Assembly: GCA_012295275.1 (NCBI GenBank)
Contig: CM022675.1
Span: 5,270,001 to 5,334,000 of the forward strand
Source: Chrysomallon squamiferum
Lineage: Eukaryota; Animalia; Mollusca
Length of the DNA stretch: 64,000 bases
Reading direction: 5' to 3'
Below, piece after piece: positions 1-20,335 of the stretch (position 1 is the stretch's first letter; each line of letters opens with the position of its first letter). Made by a program: the position numbers and the translations under genes. A model generated the notes under the pieces. It was given only the letters and a program-made list of their open reading frames with translations, was not told the origin of the DNA and searched no databases.

Positions 1-637
1 TTAAAACTACCAGAATTTTTTTAACAAAAACCAATGTCAATTGATGGGCATTCATTACAAATTCCAAGAGGTATTTTTATTCCTCATCGGCGATATTAAT
101 ACCATGACTTCGAAATTTACTCATACTTGGGAATGTACGGAAATTTGTTATCCCATTTGTCATTACTTGCATAATATTAAAGACTACGATGTCAGTGATA
201 TCGGAACGCTAGGAAAACCTTTTGGTGGTACGAAGTCTTGTACAAAGTTTTTAATCAAACTCTTGTCTCTATTGCGGTAGAGATAGTCCGGTGGTCCAAG
301 CGGCGTGCATTTTCGTAAAATGTTTTATCACTTTCGAATTCATTAGACGTTCGATTACATGTATCGCGAATTATCTAAGATTAGAGAAGTAGCCGGTTAC
401 GCAGCCAATACTAAATTTGCATTTCCCAAACGTAAGAGAAAATATCGTTTCCAAAACAGGATGGTTTACACTCGAACTGACCACGGAAACGAACCGTCAT
501 CCAACCCTGCAACAGGAGAATACGCGCCTGAAGCACCACGGAGCCTCGTCAATACTCACCTCCTGGTGGCACAGTGTCTGGCTCTGCTTCTTCAAACCGT
601 TACCATCCTCACCCTTCGCCTCGTCCGGAATGAGTGA
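1..637 (+). pseudogene. 3' half of a putative parvovirus-type capsid gene (copy 1)
   Basis: Fragments TSKFTHTWEC, TKFLIKLLSL and VQAACIFVKCFITFEF, plus a basic PKRKRKY tail. These resemble parvoviral VP motifs (LTHTWQ, PPQILIK, C-terminal beta strand). The frame is broken by frameshifts. Confidence 0.45.
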
Positions 638-1730
638 ATTAAATGTTTATTTTTGGAAGTAGAGATACGAAGATATGTTACGTAGTGTATATCAACCTGG
701 TCTAACCAATATAGATCTCATTTATCCAGAAATTCCTAGAAACAATGAACAAAATATATCTGAATTTATATTAGAATATAAGAGTTTGAGTTTCGATCTG
801 TTTAAAACTAGAAATACGCTTCCTGGTCTCGATTTTAAACAACGTTAAAACAGATTTGTTCGGATGCGACATCGTCTACTTTGTAGACGATGATAGAATA
901 ACAAACGATTCGGGCAACGTTTGGCTTTGGTCTGTAGACGGAAACCAAGTCTAGACGTGGTTGTCTCGTGTGTTTCTAGATTTTACTAAATGGAAGAAAG
1001 TCTTTGAATTTAATATCACTGTGCAAAATTTAAACCGCGTATTTAAGTCTCCTACGTCTGATCCTAATGTCGTTAAGAAAGATTACTTAAATCAATTTAA
1101 GATAATTCCTAAAAAGCAAGCTCACGATCTACCTCAGTATATATATTGGCTGTTAATCAATAACCAAAATAGAATACCTGATGATAAAGGAGTCTTCGAT
1201 CCTCACGTCACAGATTATAATAAAATATTTAATCAGTCTGTTCATTTTAATACTGTGCCCGATAACCGTTCGCGTATGCATTGAATGAAATTATGCGATG
1301 GTTGCTATTGGGCTACGACCTTACAGAAGGTGATATACTTTTAATTAGATCGTTGGCTGGAATTTTTTCTGGAAACAACGACAAAGATCAATCGACCCAT
1401 CCTTCTTTTCACGTGGAAGACAAAGATCCTTATGATTGCATAGAACTAGTGATGGGTAGAAACGTCGAAGGAGGCAGAATAAAACAGTTGTGTCCCATTG
1501 ACTATCGATTCGATGAGGACATGTTAACCTCCGACGAAAATAAGAACAAAAAATCGAATCCGATACAGAAAAATCGCTTCCGTATAAAAGAGATTAACTG
1601 CTCCTACTTGTATTTGTTCCAGAAATAAAGCCATAGAAAAGAAGACAATATTAAGAAAACGTTATAAAGAAGCATAACCAGCCAACGGACATATTTCATA
1701 ATCCTATCGCATTTATTTTAAGTTCATATC
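630..1730 (+). pseudogene. Disrupted ORF of about 350 aa, unknown function, inside the virus-like element
   Basis: Reads MSELNVYFWK*RYEDMLRSVYQPG...RNRFLVSILNNVKTDLFGCDIVYFVDDD...LSRVFLDFTKWKK...LNEIMRWLLLGYD...YLYLFQK once a 1-nt insertion near 816 (absent in copy 2), in-frame stops and a further frameshift are bridged. This joins track ORFs 961-1284 and 1281-1628. Confidence 0.55.
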
Positions 1731-2046
1731 ATCATCAGCGAGTATCGGTTCATTGGTAAATAGCCATGGATAGACTCCGAAAGGCTTCACTCAGAAACGT
1801 GCAGTGAACGAATTTCTAGATGATGATGATCAAGACCAACACTTCAGACGACCAACTAATTTAACAAGACAAAGTCGTTTCAGATGTACGTCTACAGAAG
1901 CGATACCATCTACGTCGAGGCAGACAACGCCCGTCAGTCAGTTCACGCAAACTTACGATCCATGGGAAAACTCTCAACCGTTGATGACTTCTCCTGCTGC
2001 ACCTGTCTATAAAAACGTGTTCCGGGTTCAGAAGCTTACTGGTTAA

Positions 2047-2790
2047 ATGAATGAGACATCGGAGGGAGACAGTCAAGGTCTTCGACGGCTGAAACGAGAG
2101 GAATCAGTCAGGTCTGCAGAATTAACAAGAGTCTAGAGCAAGAGACACCGAGGACGACGAGGACACGTAGCAAACAAAACAAAAGCAAAAGAAGTTAAAA
2201 CTAAACGAAAACTTGTGTAAGTTCACAGATATTATAGAGACTCTGATCACGACCAGTGAAGCAAAGAACGAAAGGCAATTAGTGGAATGGGTTTTGTCGA
2301 ATAAAGACAAATCGGACAAAATATGCGGTAGCACCGGTCGTGGTAAGTTAGGTTTTAAGTATCTTAAAATCAGTGTGAATTACCAGAGTTGTGCAGGAGA
2401 TACTTACCTCCATAGAAAAGAAGACATTCGGGTCTTCCATCGAATATATTCGGCAAGTAGACACGCCTTCCATGAAGAGATCTACCGCAGTGGCAACACC
2501 ACCAGAAAGTTGCCTTCAAGCCAGGGAATTGGCTTCTGTTGTCAAAATCAGCTGCAAGCAAACGTACAAAAATGATTACAAATATATTAACTGAAGTAAT
2601 ATAGCGTGAACCTACCTTGTTTCTTGTGACACTCAGAAAAGAAGCTTTGTCCTCACACAGTTTGACGTGTTTAGAATAAAACACATCTCACGATGTATTT
2701 ATATGTTAAGGACAAAGAAACCATCTTGTCCAATGAATAACTGCTTTAAAGTATTGCATCATGAATGAATTGTATGTGTATTCATAACTA
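2047..2790 (+). pseudogene. Disrupted, truncated SF3-helicase/NS1-like ORF (copy 1)
   Basis: ETLITTSEAKNERQLVEWV is followed by ITNILTEVI*REPTLFLx-DTQKRSFV (degenerate Walker A-like) and, about 35 codons later, ALKYCIMNEL (Walker B-like). There is no intact GKS/T motif, so the call is tentative. Confidence 0.35.
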
Positions 2791-2819
2791 ACTTCTTCAT
2801 CATCATCATCGTAAATTAT

Positions 2820-2855
<36 letters not shown>

Positions 2856-2958
2856 TAATAATAACAATTCGAATTTGCATATATTTAAAAAAAAAAAAAA
2901 ATCAAAACCAATATCTCTTTCTGTTTCTCTGTACAACTCGTGTTTCTGTGTTTCTGTT

Positions 2959-2996
<38 letters not shown>

Positions 2997-2998
2997 AA

Positions 2999-3470
<472 letters not shown>

Positions 3471-3959
3471 GAGAACATTTAGGAAAAAATGTATCGAACA
3501 TACTATATATATATGTGAATTATATGGGTATGTAACTATATCACACAGATGTTTGGTATATGCATTTTCAATATGTAAAATGTATAATAAATGAGATTAA
3601 ATTGTAAATTTGATACATGCATTTTTTCCATATGTTGCCTTCCTACATATAAATATATATGTGTGTGTGTGGGTGTATATTATATTACATGCTTTTGTGT
3701 TCCTCATATTGCATTTTGAGTGATGATAAATAAAAACTTGTACCTCACAAAGAGACACAAGCTGTTAGTGTTATTATGCCATATTTTACATGTGTCAGAC
3801 AGATTTACGAGTTAATCTCATTTACACGTTTTACTTTATATTTCTTTGTTTAACTGTGTAAACCCATTCTTGGTGGTGTAAATACTATATTTTATGTTGT
3901 TTTTTATCTCATTTTCAACAGCTGTTTCACTTTGACATATGTACATAAACCTAATTTAT

Positions 3960-4006
<47 letters not shown>

Positions 4007-4309
4007 ACACTCATACACACATACAGAAACACAATACATATACCCATACACACTCTCACACTCTCACACACATACACAAACACAATACATACACCCGTAC
4101 ACACACACACACACATGCACACATACACAAACACACACTCATACATTATACCTAACATTAACCATAATACCTAACGTTAACACCTAACATTAACAATAAC
4201 ATATAATATTAACATTAACATTAATACCTAATATTAACACCAAAACATTAACAATAAAACCCAACATTAACACCTAACATTAATAATAATACCTAACAAT
4301 AACAATAAA

Positions 4310-4613
4310 AACTAAGTCCGCTGTCTCTTTCTTTCATGAGTCTTTGTGTTTTTCTATTATAAATCTACACGAGGCTCGGATTATGGTTGGCTCTTAGTTG
4401 CAATGAAAACGCTCAGCTATACCCAAAATAAATAAATAAATAAATAGATAAATAAATAGATAAATAAATGATATCAATAATAATAATCAGAATAATAAAT
4501 AAAAAACAAAATACATTAATACATAGAAGTATGGGGTTACTGTAGGAAACACAAATCTACAGAAAGAATTTGATCGAAACTTAAAAAACTCCAAATCCTT
4601 TTTCTCTAATGTA

Positions 4614-4674
<61 letters not shown>

Positions 4675-5564
4675 CATGAATACATATCTAGATACATACA
4701 TATATACAAACATACATATATGCATACATACATAGATATACATATATATGTTAACCAAGTAACAGATGATGCTAGTTATATAAATGTGTACTTATTGATT
4801 TCTACAGAAACATCTGTCATTATCCTAATTTAGTTTGTTTTAATCAGTGCGTAAATAATCATAATAATAATAATAAGAAGAAGAAGAAGAAGAAGAAGAA
4901 TGTTTAGAATAATTATTAACTTTTTGTTTACGAAAGATGTGAACGTCATATAATGATGAAAAACGTCAAAAGAGATCGGTCGAAGTCCATCCAAAATTAG
5001 ATAACAACTTCTGTCATTCCATATACAAGCAGTGACGTCATGTAAAATGTAAAAATGTTCATATTCTAATGTTTTGTAACAGTGTTATTTTATTGTAATT
5101 CTTTGTTATCAGTGTTGATAGGTTATGTAGAACTATAAACGTCCAGAGATATAAATAAATTGTATTCCTAGAAATAAAGATATAATTTACAAATATTTTA
5201 CAATCAGACAAAATCTGTAACACGTGTTATTGAGCTAGCAGACCGTACATGAAGGATGTAATTCTTCTTGTCTTTCTTTAAGTTCGTTAATTTTAGATAA
5301 GAAAATGTTTTTCTATTTTATTAGTGTCCGTACATTCTATAAATTCTGGTGGAAAGCAAACATATAACAAAAATTGGGATGGGATTATTTCGCTGAAAAT
5401 AAAGTAAAATAAAATTTAAAAAAATAAATTAATAAATAAAAATATAGTGTAGTTCTTCAGAATCATTTTGAACGTTTACTGAATTTTTAAGTTATACTGA
5501 AAACTTTTATATTTAAATGTTTTGTGTTTAATTATTACTGCCAGGTCTTTAAACTGTGGCATTT

Positions 5565-5630
<66 letters not shown>

Positions 5631-5750
5631 ACATGTATACAGACGTGCATGCACCATAACGGCAATAACAAACAAAAAAAATAACCCCCCAAAACACGAA
5701 TAATAATGTCAGTGTACAAAAATTCATACTAAATTAATATTAAATTAATA

Positions 5751-5823
<73 letters not shown>

Positions 5824-6300
5824 AAAAAACAAAATATAAATAAATAAATAAGAAGTAGAAATTGTAGAACTAAACTAGTGAAAATCACGTTTCAGAATAT
5901 CGATAGAAAAATGAAAGAGAGAAAGAAAAAAGAATCAAAGAAAGAAAATGAAGAAAAAAGTAAAAAATAATGAAAGGAAGGATTGAGAAAACATGTAGGT
6001 CTCATATTTCCTGAATTTTAGAGAATTTTATTTCCTGATTTCAGCGAAAACAATATTTAATTTTAAACTTGATGACCTAAAAGAAAGAAAAACTGTTTTT
6101 CTAGAAAGTCAAACTGAACATCTGAATTGTAACTGACTGCATGAGACATCTGTTGAAGGAATAACCTACGTCAGTATGTAAATATCATCCAGCATAATAT
6201 AAAACATCGATAACACAAAAGTGTTACTTCAAACACAATATCTTTCAGTCATGATAGATTGTACACAGATAGGAGACAATATTTCCAACAATGAACCATA

Positions 6301-6367
<67 letters not shown>

Positions 6368-7290
6368 TTTAATAAAATGTTTCATTCAGATTTCAAATAA
6401 TCAGTCAGAAAAGTGAACACACATACACATACAATACACACAAACACACTTACACACAAATATACATAAAACTAGCGTGAGAGAGAAACAAAGCGAGAAG
6501 GAGACAGAGGGAGCAACTGAGAGAAAGAGAGACAATTATCATGCAGACAGAAAGTAAACAGACACACACGCATGCACATGGTCTCACATCACTACACGCA
6601 CATACGTACAGTAGACACATACAAACAGTAGCTACTGAAAATGCAATTGCATATACATTACAAGAAATATATTTTCATACACATTATCACATACATTATA
6701 ATCTACATTGTAAATACATTACAGTACATAAATGCTTATTCAAAAATAGACCGAAGTAAGAGACAATTCATAGAATATCAAACATAGACTGAAACATTAG
6801 TAAAATAAATTACTAATGTTCTGTATATAATTATTGTAAAATCACAGCAAAGAAAAAAAAGCTAGAAATCAGTTTTGTATATTTACCTTACGATTTTAAT
6901 CCTCCTGTCTAACAACTTTTTAATGAATTTTTATCAGATCGAATTGAGGTAACTTGAGGATGCAAATCCAATATTGTTTACATTTTATTTATTACCTAAG
7001 AATATGTTAATTCCACTCTTGCTTGAAACGAGAGAATATAGCTTTCCACATCGATATTATTGTTTTTTCAGATTTGACTTAAAAATAATAATAAAAATAA
7101 CTGTTTCCAATGTTAATAATCAAAATCCAGAGCGCGTTCCCGATCGTCCATTACAATTTCGTTTTCTCACGTATTTTCTTCCATGTGAAAGTCTTGTCGA
7201 GTTTTACGAAACGTTTTACATCAAGTGAAGGGATAAAAAGCTAACTATTTCCGTTTCTTAGTTTATTTTTCAGCTAATTACACACGCACA
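4310..7290 (+). repeat. Segmental duplication module (non-coding upstream flank of the minus-strand FReD unit), copy 1
   Basis: Collinear with 22122-24650 and 34250-37240. Shared anchors include ctccgctgtctctttctttcatgagtc, gaagtatggg..tactgtaggaaacacaaatctacagaaag and gagacatctgttgaaggaat. Confidence 0.9.
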
Positions 7291-7679
7291 TAGCTAGCGA
7301 AAAAGCAATTCCATACACACTACAACACACACATATTCTTATACATTACAAAAACACATTATAATATCCATTACAACCCGTACATTTTCATATACAACAC
7401 GTACTTTTATATGCATGACAGCACATACATTCTTATATACATTACAAAATACATTCTTATACACATTACAACATATACATTTTCATACAGATTATAACAC
7501 ATACATTTTCATATACATTGCAACATATACATTTTCATACAGATTACACCATATACATTTTCATACAAATTACAACATATACATTCTTTTACACATTACA
7601 ACACACATATGCTGATACAAAATTAGAACACAAACCTTCTTGTAAAAAGTATAGCACATACCTTACAACTGATACATTC

Positions 7680-8100
7680 ATATATACATTACAACACATA
7701 CATTACAACTAATACATTCATATCTATATTACGACACATACATTACAACCTAGACATTCAAATATACATTACAACACATACATTACAACTGATACATTCA
7801 TATCTACATTACAACACAAACATTACAACCTAGACATTCATATATACATTACAACACATACATTACAACTGATACATTTATATATACATTACAACACATA
7901 CATTACAGCACATACATTACAACTGATACATTCATATCTACATTAGAACACATACATTACAACTAGACATTCATATCTACATTACAACACATACATTACA
8001 ACTGATACATTCATATCTACATTACAACACGTACATTACAACCGAGACATTCCTATATAAATTACAACACATACATTTTTATACACATCACATACATTAT
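7680..8100. repeat. Minisatellite, unit about 40 bp (acattacaacacatacattacaactgatacattcatatat)
   Basis: About 10 tandem imperfect copies. Confidence 0.85.
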
Positions 8101-8214
8101 AATATACATTACAGCACATACATTATAATATACATTACAATACATACGTTGTTAAATACTTTACAAGACATATATAAATTCATACACACGTAAAGCTACA
8201 TACAGATAAACATA

Positions 8215-8660
8215 CTGAGATTTGTCCTAGAGATCAAAAAAGAGATACAGACGGTTCAGTGAACTGGGACACTGAGATACCTGGTTTTAAAAAAATAATA
8301 AAAAATAAAATTAACAGCTTTGAACGAAATAAAAAAAGTCGCACGTGAAACTTTGAAAACAAAGAATAAATAAATAAAATTGAAAATAAATTAAAATCCA
8401 TTCTGTGGAAAATTTGTTTTCAAATAATGTCAGTAACAGATATATCAGAAACGATAATAATTATGACGACAGTAATAACTAATACAAATATGCATATTAA
8501 TAACAAAATAATTTAAAAAAAAGTAATTAATTAATTAAAAACTGTGAAGATATTCCTCATCAGCGGCCTGTGAAGAAATAAGAAAACAAGAAAAAAAATA
8601 TTAGGGCATCTACCGAGACTACGCTAGAGATAAAAAATGACACGTTGACTTTGATCCGAC
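8215..8660 (+). pseudogene. Two decayed remnants of the FReD PADCEE...SGIY exon
   Basis: 8222-8280 (cctagagatcaaaaaag...gtgaactggga) and 8530-8660 (cagcggcctgtgaagaaataagaaaacaag...catctaccgag) match 10430-10600 with indels. Confidence 0.7.
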
Positions 8661-8888
8661 TGTGTTTTTCTCTGTTTGTTTAATCAAGTAACATATGAAT
8701 CAAGATATAAAGTTTATTATTATTGACGTGCACAGAAATGTACGTCAATATCTTAACAGATATAAATAAGAGATAACAGGCTGACGTTGAACTTTGGAAA
8801 CAACACAAAAAGTGAACTTTATTATACATTGAACGTAGTATTTTTTCTCTGTACACGTTGACAAAGTAAAAAAGTGACAGAAGAAACG

Positions 8889-8895
8889 TATATAA
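8889..8895 (+). promoter_or_regulatory. TATA box of FReD gene A
   Basis: TATATAA about 70 bp upstream of the signal-peptide ATG at 8964. Confidence 0.55.
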
Positions 8896-8963
8896 GTCTC
8901 ACATTGTTCGGTGTTCTCACAGTTCAACAAACTGCTGACTACAAGAAAGAGAAAAGACTGAAA

Positions 8964-12665
<3,702 letters not shown>

Positions 12666-13801
12666 TCATAATTTGAATAAAGTGTTGTCAGCTGCGGTAT
12701 ATTTTTGTTTTTTTAATTATATTAAATGTGAAAGTTTCTTTGAGTGTTAAAACCATAGCATGCTGAACAACAATATCTGTTATTCCCACCAATTTAATTT
12801 CATTCCACTCTATTTATAATGATAATGGAACTGTATGACGAATCTCAGTTAAATATGACATAGGAACGTTTTGACTGTGACATTTTTTTCAGACATTTTT
12901 TTTTTTCACAGGATTTCCTTTTGCCCATATAATTTGCTCTAATTAAATCTAATAAAATTAAATGAAATAAATTTAAACTAACTTAAATTGAAACAAACAA
13001 ACAAACAAAGAAACAAACAAACAAACAAACAAAACAAACAAATAAATAAATAAATAAATAAATCTGTCATTCCATTCGTACTCAGTGAATTGATGGCTCT
13101 AATTGCAAAGGGTTAAAAACGTCAAATTCTAATGTTTCGTAAGTTTTATTTTATTGTGATGCTTTGTTGTGAGCGTTGACGTGTCATCGAGTTAGCAGAA
13201 CCTGCATGAAGGATGTGATTTTTCTGGTTCTTTCTTTACGTTCGTTACATTAATTTAAATAATTCCTTTATTTTAAATAGTGTCCATGGAAAAACGTTCG
13301 TTACATTTATTTAAATAATTCCTTTATTTTAAATAAAAAAATGTTTCTATTTTATTAGTGTCCGAATATTCTAACAGTTTTGGTGGAATAACAGGAATTA
13401 GGAGATGTTTATTTAGAGGAATAAAGTAATAAAAAAAAAAAAAAATAAAATAAAATAAAAGATAATAATAAAAATATCGTCTAGTTCTTCAGAATCTTTC
13501 TTAAATCCAAAAAGAAAGAAGAGTTGTCCCCTTTAACTCATTTAAATTGCGTTCATAAAAATAAATGAATAAACAAGAAGTAGGAATCCGTAACTCGTAT
13601 TATCGAGCTAGCATGAAGGATTAAGTTTTACTTGTTCATTCTTTATGGTCGTTACATTCATTTATATCATTTTATTATTCTGAATAAGAGAAAACATTTT
13701 CCAACGTATTTCGTTGAAAGTGATCGTATGAGAGGAATGAGGAAAGTGTAAAATAAAACACCTTTTATATTGATTTTGAACGTTTACTGAAACAACTAAA
13801 G

Positions 13802-13939
<138 letters not shown>

Positions 13940-14370
13940 GTGGTTCATTATTGAAAATATTTTCTCCGATCTGTGTACAAGCTGTCATGATTGAAACATA
14001 TTTTTCTTTGAAGTAACACTTTTGTGTTATCAATGTTTTATATTATGCTGGATGATATTTACAGACTGATGTAGGTTATTCCTTCAACAGATGTCTCATG
14101 CAGTAAATTACAATTCAGATATTCCAGATGTGCTTTTAGACAAGCGTTTTATTTTATTTTTTTAATTTCATTTGTTTTGTTACGATTTATTTATTTTTTA
14201 TTATTATTATATCAATTATTATTATTATTATTATTAGTAGTAGTAGTAGTAGTATTTTTGAATTAATAATAAAAATAGGATGTACTAATGTTTTTGAAGA
14301 AACAACAAGAACATTACATCCTTCATTCACGAAATTTTTTATTATTATTATGTCAATTATTATTATTATA

Positions 14371-14439
<69 letters not shown>

Positions 14440-14718
14440 TTATTGATAAAATTATTAATTAATTAATGAATTAATTTATTTATTTTATTTATTTTTCGCG
14501 AAATAAATCTTTCCTAATTCCTGTTACGTGTTTACTTTCCACGAAAACTAGCAGAATATACTAACACTAATAAAATAGAAACATTTTTCTTATTCAAAAT
14601 ATAGGAATGATTTAAATAAATGTAACGAACGTAAAGAAAGAAGAAGAAAAAATACTTCATTCATGCACGCTCTCATAGCTCGATATCAAGTTTTACAGAC
14701 TTTCTCATATTATAAAAC

Positions 14719-14751
<33 letters not shown>

Positions 14752-15217
14752 AATCTATCTTTATTGTTAGGAATAAAAATTATTAAAACCTCTGCACTTT
14801 TATTGGTGTGTGTGTCCTCTCACAGCTGAAAACAAAGTATCACAATACAATAAAACTGATATAAAATATTAATGATCATTTTAACCCTTTACAACTGGAC
14901 TCATGACATTATAGCAAGCGTGTGGAATGACATATTCATTTATTATTTTATTTTATTTTATTTTATTAGACGTCATTTTAAGGGAAATTAACCCGTGCAG
15001 GAAATTATTTAGCACTGAAAAACATGACCTATTTTCTCAAAATGAAAGCGATGGTCGGTATAGCGAAAACGAAATTCTTTTGAAAAACAAATGTCTGATG
15101 AAAAAAGGCCTCTCACAGAGTCACAGACAGATACAGAAACACAAACACTCTCACATTTAATACACTTAAGAAAAACAAAACATATATACCGCATCTGACT
15201 ATACTTTATTCAGATTA

Positions 15218-17495
<2,278 letters not shown>

Positions 17496-17589
17496 TTCGT
17501 CTACAACAAAAATGTTTGTTTCAAGATCTGCTAGAAATGTTTATGAAAGTCATCTGTTTAATCTCCATGAATATATATAAAACAAACAA

Positions 17590-17965
17590 ACGCCTAACAC
17601 TTCAGTAATAGCAACATCTAAACACCCGCACCCAACACTGACACTTAGCATTAACACCTAGCAACCGCACCTGACATTAACACCTAACAATAATATCTAA
17701 CATTAACACCTAAAATTAAAACCTAACACTAACAGATAACATTAACACCTAAAATTAAGATCTAAAAGTAACACCTAACATTAACACCTGGTACTTACAT
17801 CTAACACTAGCATCTAAATCTAACACATACAGTTAACACCTCACATTAATAGCTCACATTAACACACAATTAACACCTAACACTAACATCTAAATCTAAC
17901 ACCTCACATTAATAGCTAACATTAAATTACAATTAACACCTAACGTTAACATTTAACATCTAACT
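17590..17965. repeat. CCTAACATTAACA-type minisatellite upstream of gene B
   Basis: Degenerate 12-bp-based repeat, same family as 21350-22122 and 30430-34253. Confidence 0.8.
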
Positions 17966-18455
17966 CCACTCTCTTTCTCTTCTAGTCATTGTGTTTCCCT
18001 CTTATAATCCTACACGAGGGGGGGGATTATGGTTGGTTGTTAGTTGCACTGAAAACTCTCGGCTAAAATAAAAATAAAAATAAATAAATAAATAAAAGGA
18101 ATAAACGAAAGTATTTTTATTTTGTAACACTGAAATACGCATCAGTTTGAAACAGTTCACAATAAACAGACACAAATACAGGCACCCAGTAAATAAGAAC
18201 ACGCATGTGCTTACTTGAATATACACAGAGAAAGACCCAATCTGCATTTCATCTGAAATGAAAATAGTGACCATTCTTGTTCCTAAATAACAAATTTGTA
18301 TTTTTTAATTTTCGTTTTTTTGTTGTTCTTTTGTTGTTGTTGTTGTTGTTTTTTTGGTTTCAATGTTTTTTATTTTATTTTATTTTTTATTTTTCATTTA
18401 TTTTTATTTTATTATTGAAAATAATAATTTAATATACATTAATAATAAATATTTC

Positions 18456-18552
18456 TTAATTAAAATTCGTTCATCAGATATCAAAATCCAGCCATGTACT
18501 CCTGCCATGTTCTGTTGAAATTTTCACTACCATCAGTACGACGGTGAAATAC
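18456..18552 (-). pseudogene. Decayed FReD exon (VFHRRTDGSENFNRTWQEYMAGF*YLMNEF*L)
   Basis: Paralogue of 16523-16619 with two stops and a lost splice donor. Confidence 0.88.
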
Positions 18553-18714
18553 CTGAAAACACATTAGTTCAGTTATTGTTAATTTATGTATATTGCTGGT
18601 GTTTCGACGTTTGTGCGTTCATATAGGTGTGTGTGTGTGTGTGTGTGTAATTAATACAACTTTTTTGCACCTTTAGAAATTCTATGTTATATATGTATAT
18701 GGTGATGTATCGTC

Positions 18715-19965
18715 ATTTTACTGGAGACGTATTGTCCTATTTCTCATTTTACTGGAGACGTATTGTCCTATTTCTTATTTTACTGGAGACGTATTGTCCT
18801 ATTTCTCATTTTACTGGAGACGTATTGTCCTATTTCTTATTTTACTGGTGATGTATTGTCCTATTTCTTATTTTACTGAAGACGTCTTGTCCTATTTCTT
18901 ATTTTACTGGAGACGTATTGTCCCATTTCTTATTTTACTGGAGAGATATTGTCCCATTTCTTATTTTACTGGTGATGTATTGTCCTATTTCTCATTTTAC
19001 TGGTGAGGTGTTGTCCTATTCCTCATTTTGCTGGTGAGGTATTATCTTATTTCTCATTTTAATGGTTATGTATTGTCATATTTCTCATTTTGTTGGAGTG
19101 TTATTGTCCTATTTCTCATTTTACTGCGGAGGTGTTGTCCTATTTCTGATTTTGACTGTGAGGTATTACCCCATTTTTCATTTTAATGGTTATGTATTGT
19201 CCTATTTCTCATTTTGTTGGAGTGTTGTTGTCCTATTTCTCATTTTGCTGGTGAGGTATTGTCCTATTTCTCATTATATTGGTGAGGTGTTGTCCTATAT
19301 CTCATTTTGCTGCTGAGGTATTGTCCTATTCCTCATTTTACTGGTGAGGTATTGTCCTATTTCTCATTTTACCGGTGAGGTATTGTCCCATTTCTCATTT
19401 TGTTGGAGTGTTGTTGTCCTATTTCTCATTTTGCTGGTGAGGTATTTCGCTATTTCTCATTTTACTGGTGAGATACTGTCCTATTTCTTACTTTACTAGT
19501 AAGATATTGTCCTATTTCTAGTTTTATTAGTGATGTATTGTCCTATTTCTTATTTTACCTGAGCGGTATTGTCCTATTTCTCATTTTGTTGCAGTGTTGT
19601 TCTCCTGTTTCTCATTCTACTGGTGAGGTATTGTCTTATTTCTCATTTTACTGGTGAGGTATTGTTCCCATTTCTCATTTTGTTGGAGTGTTGTTCTCCT
19701 GTTTCTCATTTTACTGGTGAGGTATTGTCCTATTTCTCATTTTGCTGGTGAGGTATTTCCCTATTTCTCGTTTTACTGGTGAGATGTTGTCCTATTTCTT
19801 ACTTTACTAGTAAGATATTGTCCAATTTCTCGTTTTATTAGGGATGTATTGTCCTATTTCTGATTTTACTGCTGAGGTATTGTTCTATTTCTCATTTTCA
19901 TGGTGAAGTTTTGTCCTATTTCTTATTTTACTGGTGAGGTATTGTCCTATTTCTCATTTTATTAG
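18715..19965. repeat. 31-bp minisatellite (ctggtgaggtattgtcctatttctcatttta), about 40 copies
   Basis: 31-nt period (18721, 18752, 18783...). It lies in the intron between two pseudo-exons. Confidence 0.95.
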
Positions 19966-20064
19966 TTACGCATTATTTGATGAGTAATGATCCTACATTC
20001 TTTAAATTATGTGAAATAAAAAATAGTTTATTTTATGATGTATTCCGTCAAAAATGACACATAC

Positions 20065-20335
20065 CATTTAGGTATCGTACTTACTGGCTCCTAGTTCACA
20101 GTAAACGTGAATATGTCGTTTTTGATCTGTAGGTTACTCTGTAGATTCCGCTCTCATTTTTACCTTGTTTTGTTATCTCTTCACAGTCCACTGGTCGAGC
20201 ATGTTCTTCTTTTTGTGCAATATCTTCACAGTTTTTAATTAATTAATTTTAAGTTTTGTGATTAATGTGTACATTTATATTAGTTATTACTGTCATCATC
20301 ATTATTATCGTTCTTATTATAATTATTTGTGATAA
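20065..20335 (-). pseudogene. Decayed FReD exon of the gene-A type (Asn-rich linker + ARPVDCEEITKQGKNESGIY)
   Basis: Homologous to 10323-10609, with a frameshift and TGG>TAA at the conserved Trp. Confidence 0.85.

Larger units (their letters stand above)
1..2815 (+). mobile_element. Endogenous virus-like element, copy 1 (5' end outside the window); decayed, intronless, closely packed ORFs
   Basis: Microsatellite-free, CpG-richer block that is collinear with 45586-48130 and with the reverse complement of 58451-59076. ORFs abut or overlap (ATG at 630 overlaps a stop at 635-637; TAAATG at 2044-2049). Stops and frameshifts are present. It ends at a (CAT)n/(AAT)n microsatellite. Confidence 0.7.

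Noticed and set aside
630-2790. Alternative genetic code (TAA/TAG = Gln) explaining the stops in the virus-like ORFs
   Set aside because: Frameshifts, deletions and TGA stops also occur, and CAA/CAG are used normally. Neutral decay is the simpler explanation.
6974-7228. ORF repeated at 36951-37151 as a conserved gene
   Set aside because: The similarity is explained by the segmental duplication. The stops differ between copies and there is no recognisable domain.
18715-19965. 31-bp array as CRISPR or coding sequence
   Set aside because: No spacers, the period is not a multiple of 3, and it is an intronic minisatellite.
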